This document shows positions 13,170 through 24,843 of a DNA stretch of 51,219 nt, in pieces (within the stretch, counting starts at the first letter, position 1; each line of letters starts with the position of its first letter). Both the position numbers and the translations under genes were made by a program. A model generated the notes under the pieces. That model saw only the letters and a program-made list of their open reading frames with translations. It was not told the origin of the DNA and made no database searches. This DNA is from Phoronis australis. Lineage: Eukaryota > Animalia > Phoronida. The stretch lies in the NCBI GenBank assembly GCA_002633005.1, contig NMRA01001131.1, positions 1 to 51,219 on the forward strand, written 5' to 3'.

Positions 13170-14029
13170 CGGAATGTTCTGAAACCCCCTCGACCCCCAC
13201 ACCCTCGATCCCCTCGACCCAGGACCCCCTCGATCCAGGACCCCCTCAACCCACGACCTCTTCGACCCACTATCCAGAACCCCGTCGACCCAGTCTACAC
13301 AAGCTCGACTTGATCTGAACATAGAACAAATGCTGACTTGTAGGACCAGTAAGTTGGGCCGTGAACTCTGCTGGCTTTTCGCTGTTTTTTTTTCCAATTA
13401 AGGCAGTCGATTCGGCAATTTTGAAAGCCAAAAACAGAAGAAAACGACGCGACCAAATCAAATCCGTCAAAGACCTACCAATCTGGCAGAGTGTAATCGT
13501 CTCGTCTGCTCTTCAGTTAATTGCAGAGTGCGAGGAACCGACAAAACCGTAATTTCACCAGTAAATACGGTTTGAAAAAACAAACTGTTAACTAAAAGGT
13601 ATTTCAAGGTTATATGGCGTATATTGTAAAGGAGTATAAAATATAAAGCAAATAATAAAAATATGAAATTATGTACATTCACGTTAACGTACTCTCTCCC
13701 TAAGTTTATTAGAACTGTGCGGTTGATAGCCGCTCGTGGAACTATTTCCATGACAACGATAGCGCGCTCACAATGCGCTATTCAAAACCACCGGCGTTCT
13801 CACGCCACTTTTTTTCAATCACCAGACTTCAGCAAGAGCAGAATCGCGTGTAGGTATATCTTATGGGAAAGTCGCCCAGCGACATAATAAGATTACAAAA
13901 TATGTACAAAGCGCACAGATACCTCTATTGCCACAGATCGTGGGTCGAGGGGGTCGTGGGTCATGGGTCGTGGATCGAGAGGGGGTCGCGGGGGTTGAGG
14001 GATGTGGTGGTCGAGGGGGTTTCAGTCCG
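13170..14029. mobile_element. Non-autonomous TIR element (860 bp) with 7-bp target duplication
   Basis: TIR core CTGAAACCCCCTCGACC at both ends, subterminal CCCCTCGAYC repeats, TATTTTG at 13163-13169 and 14030-14036. It is absent from the mirror arm near 15565. Confidence 0.88.
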
Positions 14030-16473
14030 TATTTTGCTGTTGATTTGCAAAATCTATCAACCTGCCGGCAAATAAATGCGCGCTTTTAATTTCTTCCATC
14101 ACAATATCTAAGAAATTGTCATTCGTAACTAAGGTGGTAGACAGAACGCGTCGCATCAGAAATGTTGGTTTTGCTCCTTTTGTGTGGGGCAGGGCAATTA
14201 CTGCATTAGCGATGACTCCAAGGCAATAAAACACTGGCTGAAATAAACCGAACTATCGTGGGCTATGAAAATGGCTTCCGAAATTGATTTTTCCATGAAA
14301 AAGTTTGTTATTGTCGTTTGTTACCGAACTAACACGATAAATATTAGCCAAATACGATGTCATTGTTGTGCCTACCAAGGGAATTGTGTTTATTGTAATG
14401 CCGGATACACAATTGGTTTATGACCTGTGAGTGTCAACAAAAGATTGCAAGAAAGCTTTAGCAATAAGAGAGTTGCTAACCTGATCCTGGAAAATCCTTA
14501 CGGGTGGAATTGAAACTGTACGCTGTACATTATTGACAATACCATAAAACTACTCAGACATATTAAAAAAAAAACATGGAAAGCACACAGGGGACACATC
14601 TATAAATTCGACCTGGCACATTTGATAGAATTTCATTCACACAAACTCATGGAAAATGACGTCGCTTTTGTAAAATGTAACAGTGGTACATTTCTCGAAT
14701 GTGCATTTGACCTAAATTGAAACAATTACATAAAATGTAACAACTTGTTACATTTTAAGAGAGGCCTAGCAACGTAACAATAACATAAAATGTAACAGTT
14801 GTTACATTTTATGTGACTCTTACAATTTACGTCGAATGCACATGCGAGAAATGTTTCATTGTTACATTTTACGAAAGCGATGTCACATTTCATGAATTTG
14901 TATGGTACTTGTCACAAGAGGAAAACGGTTGACACACTTTACGTCTCATTTCTCGGATTGTTTGAATGAAATTCTGTTAAATGTGCCAGCTCGAATTTAT
15001 AGATGTGTCCTTATGTGCTTTCCATTGCTTTTTTAATATGAGTAGTTTCTTGGTATAGTAAAAAATGTACCCCTCACAGTTTCAAATCCATGCGAATGGA
15101 GTTTCCAGGACTAGGTAACATGTTTTCATTGCTAAAGCGTTCTTGCAATCTTTGGTTGGCGCTCACAGGCCGAATTGTGTATCCGGCATTACAGTAAACA
15201 CACTTCCCTTGGTAAGCACAACAGTAACAACGACATGGTATTTTGGTTAATATTTATCGCATCTGTTCGGGAACAGACTACAAAAATATTTTTATCACGG
15301 AGAATTCAATTTCGTAAGCCAATTTGATAGAAAAAAACAACCGTTTGAGTATACCATAGTTTGATATATTTCCGTCAGTGTTTTATTGCTTTGGAGTCAT
15401 CGCTCATGCTCCACACAAAAGGAGCAAGACCAAAGTTTCTGATGCCGACGGGTTCTGTCCACCACCTTGGTTACGAATGACAATTTCTTAAAGACATTAT
15501 GATGGAAGGAAATAAAAGCACGAAATTTATTTGCAGGCAGGTTGACAGATTTTGCCAGTGCAACAGCAAAAGATCGCCTTTGAGAAGGGCGAGCCAATAG
15601 TTTAAAAAGAGGCGACTTAGTAACGTGTTTTAAACAACTTAAAAGCTCAAAGACATATCATTTTTCCTATGATGTCACACCTGTCTGAAATAGTGGTAGA
15701 AACAACAGATAAAACCGTGAAGTGTATACGTAAATTGAGAGGCCTAGCGGAGGAAACAGAAAATACGTTGGCACTTTGAAAGGATCATTTTACTCAAATC
15801 GGGTAGTTTAAAGGGGCAATTCCAAAAAGGTGACTGTCGGCCTTGAGGACTACAAAACATGCCCTTTCTCTTTGTATCATCTTTGAAGATAAATTGCTGT
15901 TTGGTCACTTTTCGTTAGTCCGAAGCATATACAAATAAAGACAGAGATTCGCCATTCTAATATTAATGGACGGAAATTCATGTGTCTCATGAGATGCCAT
16001 TTTTGTGGTTTAGCTCGCTGTTAACAACACGCCTGGTTGTAGGCAGATAAAGCAATTTGGTTTACTAACCGTTTTCCTACATTGCGTATTAAACATCGCT
16101 GACTTCGACGTTGGCCGTTTTTCTTCCATACAACCCACTTTCAAGTGAACCTATTTCAAATCACTCAGCTAAATCACTTTGTTCATCTAAGAATATTGGG
16201 GCCCGTTCCACATAAAATCGTTGCGTGTTTTGTATGCTCGTTACCAGCTATTCTAGTGACCCGATGACCACAGCCATAGCCGACTAGTCGCTAGTTCTCG
16301 AAAAATGTCTGCCTCCAGAGTTCAACTTAACGCAATTTTTTTAACTTACACATCATCGTGGAACGACACCTAGGAAAAGGAAAGTCTTCAACAAGAGACA
16401 AAAATGATAACATGGAGGGTTTAGATGTAAGTCGCATGTAAAAGAATGCATTATGAATTCAGTTCTTTGTGGC

Positions 16474-17805
16474 AAACTACAAAAGGATATAGTTGTATTT
16501 GCAAACAATGCCGTTCTTGTCGATAGTACAGGCAGGTACAAAGTGGGAAGCAGCAGAGGCTATGGTGGAGGCAGAGAGCAGACTGAGGCACAAGGATATA
16601 GTCGGAACAATGTGCGTGGGTGGGCAAGGGCTAGGCTTCGTACCAACTAAGAGGTGGAAGAAAATAAAAGGAATGGAACGTAGAGATATGATGCTTTTGG
16701 AGATACGCATTGCTGAGAAAGAGAAGAGAGGTGCTATAGTGGTGGGCTTAAAGAAGCAGGGCGAATGGACGACGTGGGATGGCTGTTTGAGAAAGAAGTT
16801 CACTCCAAAGGATCTGTTGTCATCACAAACCCAGAGACCCAGCTTTGTGCTTTGAGCAGCGTACGATCAACTTCCCATGCCGAGGAACTTCAGTCTGTGG
16901 GGGAAATCTGAAGACGACAGATGTGATGGGTGCAGGGAACCAGGAACTTTACAGCACATGCTGTCAGCGTGAAAAGCTGCAATAGGAGAGGGAAAGTATT
17001 CCTGGCGGCATAACCACGTGCTGAAGGCCCTGTCTCATATCCTGAACATCGATAGGAGATCGGGGAAAAAGAGAAACGGTGGAAAAGGAAATCATCACAA
17101 GGATTTATTTCACAAGTCAAGCGACTGGAGGTGACTGTAGATCTGGGAAGTCGAGCAGTTTTCCAACACACATCGCAGTGACAGCAATGAAGCCTGATAT
17201 AGTTTTATTGTCAGACAGCCTAAAGACATTGGCCATAATAGAGCTAACAGTGCCATGGGAGACAAGGCTCAATGAAGCCAACGTGAGGAAGACACTGAAT
17301 TATCAAGGTCTGCACAGACAATGGGTGGAAGTGTTACAAAATCCCGGTGGAAGATTTACCACCAGGAGCTTATGGAGAATAGCGAAGATTTTGGGGCTTA
17401 CTAAGACATCACGGAAAGAGCTGTTTAAGACCTGTTCAACAGCAGCGGAAGCAGCTTCAGTATACATCTGGCGTGCGTTCAGTAGACGCTAGGACCTACG
17501 CTAGGACCTAGCTAAAACCTAGTCAAAGTCACCTGCTCTAATTTAAAATGCACGGCAATATCTCACGTAATCTGACGAAGTCTTGCTTTTTAGCGAGGTC
17601 CTAGCGTTACTGAACGGGAGGCTGGCTGCAGAGAAGTAGCATCTGGCAACATGACCGTTGCAAGACCTGAGGAATGTTTCCACCTCAGGGATCCGGGTTT
17701 TGAAGGTCGTACTGGATCATGCAGGGCCGAAACGACCAATGACGATTCCTAACCAGCTGAACACGAGCGACGATCCGCAGCAACGACACCGCTGTTTACA
17801 AGTAA
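16474..17805 (+). mobile_element. HERO-like non-LTR retrotransposon 3' fragment (restriction-like endonuclease)
   Basis: KWEAAEA...AESRLRHKDIVG...GQGLG, a decayed zinc knuckle, and the RLE motif KPDIVL...IIELTVPWE; broken by frameshifts and stops. Confidence 0.85.
17473..17621. mobile_element. ~150-bp MITE inserted in the HERO-like ORF
   Basis: Inverted ends CGTTCAGTA(G)ACGCTAGGACCT / AGGTCCTAGCGTTACTGAACG, flanked by CTGGC on both sides. Removing it restores VYIWLQRSSIWQ. Confidence 0.8.
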
Positions 17806-18599
17806 GCGAAAATAATCAAAATTTGAAATTGGCGCATGTCTAAACAAGATTTTAAATCTCAACTTCCTCGCTTCCAAAAAGTAGACCTACTCTGCATCCA
17901 CAGCTGACAAGACGTTTCTCACAATATCGTTAAGGCTGAGCATAGGAACCCCTTTAAAATATTTTTGAAACAGCAATCGTTGTCCATTATTCGAAGCCCG
18001 ATGAAAACACTAAACCATAAATGAGATGATTTTAAAATCTTTGAGGACCATGATCTATTAGCACTTTGCTAAAACATTTATTGTGTATACGCTGTGTCCT
18101 CGTTAGATAAATTCAAAAATATCAATAATAATGATAATGATACCGATAGTATTTATACTGAAAGTAGTAATAGTAGTAATGAGAGTAATAGCAGTAGTAG
18201 TAGAAATAATAATATAGTTGTAACAAAAATGATAGGGGGTAGCCATATTCATGTCATGTTAGCCCGGAAGGCATTTCTATAGAAAAGTTTAACGAAAAGT
18301 GCCACCCAACGGTTGTATTTTCACACCAAAAATACTCTCCAAAATGGTGCCATTTTCGAAAAAATACTATCTAAAAGGGTGCCTTTTCTGAATTTCTGGG
18401 ACAGAACTGTACGAAAATGTGAAGTTTTCCACAAAATTAGTCTCTAAATGGGTCATTTTTTTGTCCGTGCACACTCGCTAAACGGGTAAGTATCCAAATA
18501 TTTCGGGCGGACCCCCTCATCCAAAAATACTCGATTACAGCCGCCGTGTCAGATACATTTTGTTCTTGATTTTGGTCATTTTCTTTGTAATATGATGTT

Positions 18600-18763
18600 G
18601 GTTTCGTAAAATGTCACAAAGGTACATTTCTCGCATGTGCATTCGACATAAAATATTACAACTACGTAAAAGGTAACACTTTGTGACATTTTAGGAGAGG
18701 CTTAGCCACGTAAATTGTAACAGTTGTTACATTTTACGAAATTGTTACATTTTACGGCGTATC
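18600..18763. repeat. Second copy of the palindrome-centre motif (AAATGTAACA/TGTTACATTT repeats)
   Basis: Aligns directly to about 14665-14812, including the spacer gagaggcytagc. Confidence 0.75.
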
Positions 18764-18784
18764 AGTGCACATTTATTTTCTAAC

Positions 18785-20842
18785 ACGGTATGAATCTCAG
18801 TGCATGATAAATATTAATTGTATGATTTGGTAACTAAACTTGCTTGATAATTCCCCATAGAAATAGTTGAAGGAAGTGTTCTTTTAAAGGCATATTGAGC
18901 CCTAAATCGGTGGGTACTTCAGTAGTATGCATTACCTTGGAAACCCTGGAACACTCAGTAACGATGTCGTTTGTTAAGATTTTTGTTTTGACACGGATAT
19001 TTTACATCAAGGCGTCCTTAGGTTATTTTCTTTGAAGCTGATCATTTTTACCTGCCGATGTAGGCTGAATGTGCCTTTACCAAACGGCTGATAGATAATT
19101 TGATGACATGTGAATGGTTTACGAGAGCTGGAAAGCATCGTAAAACAACCTCAAAAATGAACTGTGTATTCAGTAGGCATCTTGGCTGTTTTATGGGGTC
19201 ACACAAGGCAGATTTATTGGACTTCAGGCAGGAATTTCATCTCTTGCTGGTTTTCAGACCACTACCCATGTTGCCCCCAGTTTCATTTTGCACAACAAAC
19301 TTCAATTCGCTACCCATTTCATACCTCATCAGGAACGGATGCTGGCGGTCCAGTGACCGGTTGTACGAAACAGTCCCAAATAACGACTCCATTATGTTCG
19401 CTAAATCCGCTGGGTATTTGTGAGTTTTCTACGTTGAATTCTCAATATTATTGAAAATAAGTAGGGATCTTTTCATGCAACGCCCTAATTTAAGGACAAA
19501 GTCCCTGAATTAGGGGCTCAGATTTTAGTAATATTATAAGAAAACGTCATGTGTCAAAAGAGGAATTCGTAGTAAAGATAAAATGATAGAAAAATATATT
19601 AACTGTATTAACAATACGCAAAGGATTTAGACAACTCAGATGAGCACAGGCGGATCCAAGGGGGTCAAAGGGGTCTGAACTCCCCATTTTCTCTTGATAT
19701 CAAATCTAGAATTGTTGAATTGGACCACCCTTCTTAAAAAATCTTTGTTCCGGCCCCTCTCCCTTTAAAGAATCCCGGATATGTCTCAGTTGAGTCGCTA
19801 TTTGGGACTGTTTCATGTAACTGGGCATGGACCCCTCTACTTGAATGTAAAATGTCGTAAGGTGTGAATTTACCAAACAAAGATCTGCACCTGTGTTTGG
19901 ATGACGCAAGAGACATTGTTGTAGGAAACGTTTCATAGTTGGGGGCAGGAGAAAATGTTAATTTTTTAAATTTTATTTTAAAGCAAAGTTTGTGTGTTGA
20001 AAGATTTAATGAGTGATTGTTAATTAATTGATATTAACCCCTTGAATATTGAGGACGGAAAGCTATCTCCGCCTCCAACCTTGTGGTTGAGGGGCGCCCC
20101 CCGTTTTTACTCCTTTCTTTCTACAGCAGATCTATCTGATGTTCATTAATTCATTGACCCCGCTGGACAAAATCCTACAGGCTCTGTACCTGCTCACCCT
20201 CCAATCGGTTACTTTCACATCCTCGCTTCTCTTTACTGAGTCATCCTTTTGCTTATTAGGAATTTTTCGTAATCGTAATTTATATTACCTTTCGCTTGCA
20301 GCCCAATTTTTTTCTTGATTTATTCTATATTTTGCCTATGTGTATCTTTTAATTACATTGTTCATTTTTGTTCTCAAACAAAGACACTTCCCCATTTTGA
20401 ATTTGACAAACTAAAATCGACCATGGTAGTCGACGCCTCGCGTACTTCGTCGGCGCATACCCCCGCTAGGTGTCGCCACGGTCCATGACACAATAATGGC
20501 GGTGGCCAAAGTGATTAGTCTTGTTAATGTTTTAAAGTCAACTTTAAGCAGCATATTCAGCCTACGTCGGCAGACCAACGTCAAAGTAAATAACATAAGG
20601 ATGCCTTATTTCCTGACTTGATGTTTTACGACCGGTGTAAAAACAAAAAATCTAAACAAACGACATCGTCACTCAGTGTAACAGGGTCTCCAAGGTAATA
20701 CACATACTTCCGAAGTACCCACAGATGGAGGCTCAATATGCCTTTAAAGGAATATTTCCTTCACCACTTCATATGGCAAATTATCAAGTAGGTTACCAAA
20801 CCATACAATAAATATTCATTATGCAGTGAACTCCATACCATA
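18785..20842. mobile_element. Long-TIR element (~290-bp inverted ends) with an internal TTAA-bounded Kolobok-like unit at 18888-20743
   Basis: About 18785-19075 is the reverse complement of about 20550-20842; TTAA|AGGCATATTGAGCC at 18884 and GGCTCAATATGCCT|TTAA at 20744. Confidence 0.82.
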
Positions 20843-20879
20843 ACGACAGCCAGGATGTTGACTGTATGGAATCACAAGA

Positions 20880-21090
20880 AATAATTTAAATAAGTAATAA
20901 CGAATTATTAAAATATAAATAAATAAAAAAAACAAATAAAAATGCATAAATATAAATAAACAATTAAAAATAAACAAATAAAAATAAATAAATAATGATA
21001 AACAAAGAATAAAGAATAGATAAAACAAATATATGATGATACGACAATAATAAAATTAGTAAATAAATAGCAATAGTAAATATTATTATC
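20880..21090. repeat. A-rich low-complexity tract (AAAT-like)
   Basis: Degenerate aaat/aaac repeats. Confidence 0.8.
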
Positions 21091-22516
21091 TGTTATATAT
21101 GAATGTATTAAGACTGCAGAAAGAAATTAAAGAAAGCAATCAATGGGCATAGAATAAACTAATAAGTAGTTCCCAAAATCATGCAAACAATTTAATATAA
21201 TTTTCTTTATGAGCGATCAAATGCAGGGCCGGGGAACAGTAAAGACCTTAAATTCAAACCACCCAGTCCATGTCTGGTTGAGTGGCAACAGTTTCACGCA
21301 AAACATGCTTTGTTTCAATCGTGAACATGATCTATCTTAATCAGTCGGGAAGCAAAAAAGCATAAGTCACGAATTTTCAATTAAATGTTGCTGCATCAGT
21401 TAGCTGTGCAAACATCCCCATTGTTTTTACAGACCGTCGTATCTTGCCATATTTGTTTATTGCACACACGGCCGCTAGACGTCTCTACGGTCCATGAAAC
21501 AACAATGTCCGCCAGTGGCCGTCCAATGGGATTTCGCTAGGTGAATTGACTCCCTATCTACGGTCTCTGGCTCGATCAGCGCCATACTCAGGCTTGGGGA
21601 CAACCCTGAGTCAATACCAGAGTGACGCTGCGGTGACAACCACTGATCAGAAGTGACTATATACAAATTGGCAACAGCGAGAGCCATCGTTCAGGTAACA
21701 AAAAGATGGACAAGTTGGCAGCAAGCAGGATGACACAGTGTCAACTGAATACTAGAAGGTTTTCTAGGTTCCGCATTGATTTTTGATTTCGGAACCAATT
21801 ACTTCCATTGAATAACGCCAGTTAAGTAATCATAAACCAGGCACCCATCAAACGGACTGTTACCAGCAATTGGCTGGTGATGACTGCAGGCGTAAACCGT
21901 GGTGGTAGGCGAAAGGAGGTGGCAATAGCTACGACTGTGGCGACCTCATGTTATTCTGCCCCGGTAAAAACAATCAACATCCCAGTTATAAAAATTCTCA
22001 ACTGTCATTTTTTCTGATGCTAATAGTGATTTTGGCCAAAAAATGTATTGAGAAAAAAGTGTTGTGTTAGATTCACAAATTCTCAGTTACTGCTGTTTTC
22101 TTCGAATATTTATAACCAAAGCATTCCTTTCATTTGCTTTCCTGAAATTGCGGAAATTGGAATGTTTTGAGACGAAGGGTATACTCTTTCTGTGTTATTT
22201 TTTACCACCCGATAAGTGTGACTCTTCTGGGAAAATCAGCAAAACCATCTCTTCTAAAAACATTAAACATGCATACATCGATGTTTTAAGATCAATCGGC
22301 AATTAAAACTCACGTTTTGCACTTATGTAAGATCAGTGATCTTCACGTTGTTTCCGACCGTGTGACAAGACTGAACACGGAAATGTAGGTCAACATTGTG
22401 ACGTACTAAGCAAAGAATGCCAACCTCACAAATTCGCGTTCGCTTTTAACGTGTAGCTGAAACTTTCTGTTTTGTCTAAGGTTGCGTTAATCTGACGACC
22501 ATCAGTGTAGACTTAC

Positions 22517-22625
22517 TTGCGTGAAGTAACACATCGCTACCAATGGCACCAGCAACACGAGGAAAATAGTATTGAAGATGGTCACCAATACAATCATCTT
22601 AAAAAAGAATGACACGCCGTACAAA
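22517..22625 (-). CDS. ABCC1: MRP1-like exon (TMD2)
   Basis: tttcag|...CAA|gtaagt, 109 nt; LYGVSFFFKMIVLVTIFNTIFLVLLVPLVAMCYFTQ, in phase with both neighbours. Confidence 0.92.
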
Positions 22626-22976
22626 CTGAAAATAAACAGAGAACAGGAATGAATTTGTCTTTTTTCAGTAACATTGTTTTTATGATTTCACCTTGAACAT
22701 TCACATGAAATAAAATTTGGTTGCGTTATTGATACCGTTGCTTTTGTATGATCATACCGTTCTTTTTCATGTAAGGGGACGTCGTCACGTGAACATTCAA
22801 ACTCTATTCTTTCTGGTTTCAGAAAATATACCTTATACATTAGTTAAATTCCATTATTTTGTAGTTGTATGAGTGAATAAACAGTCTTGTCGACAAGGTC
22901 CGACGTAACTTGCAAATGATTTCCAATGGACTCAAAAGGAACTTTGTGAAATGCCCACAGCAAGTAATGCGCTTAA

Positions 22977-24596
22977 AGGAGAATGCCATCCAAAAACAAT
23001 TTAGATCGAGTAGTTCCACTCGATAACAGCAAGATAAGGTGTTTTACCTGACACCTGACGGCAGACGGAGGTGTTGAAATTAACCAATGACGTAATAGGT
23101 TCGAACGTCGTCTGTTCAGCCGTTCACAACACGCTTACTGGTGTCAACTTATCGCTTGAATTCATCGTTTTACACCAAAAAATCATAAAAAATCGATGTA
23201 AAACCCATACAAATACATCGAGTTCTTGAACAAACGCGTTATTTTATTTCACTGTTTCGGATTTATAGGTATTTGAACGTAGCGTAGCCTACATAGTTCG
23301 GCACTAGTAGGCCAGTTTACCGTGGTCGATCGCGGGAGTATGGGTCTGTTTGGCGATAAATTCGAATCATTCTTCCGTAAAATACAGACAGGAGAGCGTA
23401 GCTGTGTGTTGTACTTTTAGACTTCCGATTTGTTTTCAGTTCTAAACACACAAAACGCTTGTTATCTCAGTCGTGGCTCGGAACCGGATCAGGACCGTCG
23501 CGGCCGCCGGGACTGGACATCACGAACATAAACCAGCTTGAATTGGAAACTATACCTCCAGTCACTAAAAGACTATAATAGTGAGCCAAATAAATAATGT
23601 GCATGTAATTATTTTGGTGAAAATCTACTTAGTTGTCGGGTGCCGCGCGAAGTCAGGTTCCCCTTACACAGTACCGTCAGGGCAAAAGTTGGACAGTGAC
23701 AATGATTTTAATAATGTATTCGTATAATTATCTAAATAACAATTCCCTTAATGTGGCCATAACATATAAAAGCGAGTTATTGTGTCACAACAGCTTTCTG
23801 TCAGCAAACACTGAATTAGCATGCGCTCACACGGCCTCGGTGCCTTTATTGCATCTAAAGCCGATAACGCAGTAGTTTATTCGTTTGCTGGTTTCTCAAA
23901 ACATTTGCACTCACGAATACTCCAAAGGCATTACAAATTGTATCTAATGAGGCAGATTTTGTTTCAGTTTTGTATAAGCATTGGTTAGTGTGAGAATAAT
24001 TCATTTTGAAACAGAACGCAGAACAATAAACGTCAACATGGCAACTAGCAATCCCGACTTAGACGAGAGCTCATCCGACGAAGACTTCACAGGTGGATCG
24101 TTAGGTTGCTCAGGCTATTAATTCGAGCCGGAGTACACTGATCAAGAAATACTAGAGAGGCGCCGTGAACATGCACAGGCAACAGAACGTATGGATATTT
24201 CTTTAGTAAGCCGGCATTCGTCAGAGAAATCACTGTCGAGAAATGCTGGCCACAGCCACGGAGATGTTTCACGGTCTCATACCTGCTATTAACAGCGTAC
24301 TTTTCAACTTTTCATTCTTCCCTACCGTGAGCGACTTCCTAACCATTTCGGGCACTCGAGGAAGTCGAAAAAATATATATCCGCTTCCCCGCAGCTTCAT
24401 AGCTCTGACAAGCGAGAACGATGCGCCGCAACATAGTGGCATTCACTCTGCCCATGAACCATTGACGTCGCTGCGTCGTTTCTCAACTTCCTCACAGGTT
24501 AGCGCGACACCTCTCGGCAAGGTAAAGTCGACCGTATGCGAGGCGATGTAGATATAGACCGATTGAGACGGTAATTAAATCGGGTGACATTCTCCT
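22977..24596 (+). mobile_element. Kolobok family B non-autonomous element (1620 bp)
   Basis: TTAA at 22973-22976 and 24597-24600; 15-bp TIR AGGAGAATGYCAYCC; KolX-like N-terminal remnant from 24038 (GY*FEPEY); a second copy lies at 37625-39305. Confidence 0.9.
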
Positions 24597-24641
24597 TTAA
24601 AGTGAATGTGCTGACGTTAAAAACAGCCATGAAGCACGTAC

Positions 24642-24843
24642 CACATGTGCATACACCTGAGCATATCGTTATCGATTACATTCACGTCTTTGGAGAATCT
24701 GTTCAAAAGTCTTCCAGTTGGAGTCGTGTCAAAGAACGTCATGGGCGCCTTTACAATTCGTCGCAAAAGATTGACATGGCATATTTCACTCGCTCTTATG
24801 AGACCCTGGATCCAAATGAATAGTCGAAGTGATGCGCAGAGTA
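24642..24843 (-). CDS. ABCC1: MRP1-like exon (TMD2)
   Basis: ctttag|...TG|gtacgt, 202 nt; APMTFFDTTPTGRLLNRFSKDVNVID. Confidence 0.94.

Larger units (their letters stand above)
9898..18009. repeat. Large interrupted inverted repeat (foldback-like), ~1.9-kb arms, centre near 14770
   Basis: Reverse-complement matches: 9898-10100 with 17807-18009, 12255-13169 with about 15565-16473, and 14030-14758 with 14785-15565. Spacer of about 26 nt. Confidence 0.92.

Noticed and set aside
13181-13295. CRISPR-like short repeat array
   Set aside because: Irregular CCCCTCGAYC subterminal repeats of a TIR element, with no unique spacers or cas genes, in eukaryotic DNA.
17700-17790. Possible hammerhead ribozyme in the HERO-like 3' UTR (ggccGAAAC...CTGAacacga)
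   Set aside because: The CUGANGA core is not intact and I could not form the three stems.
20819-21028. Hydrophobic membrane-peptide-like ORF
   Set aside because: Translation of an A/T low-complexity tract.
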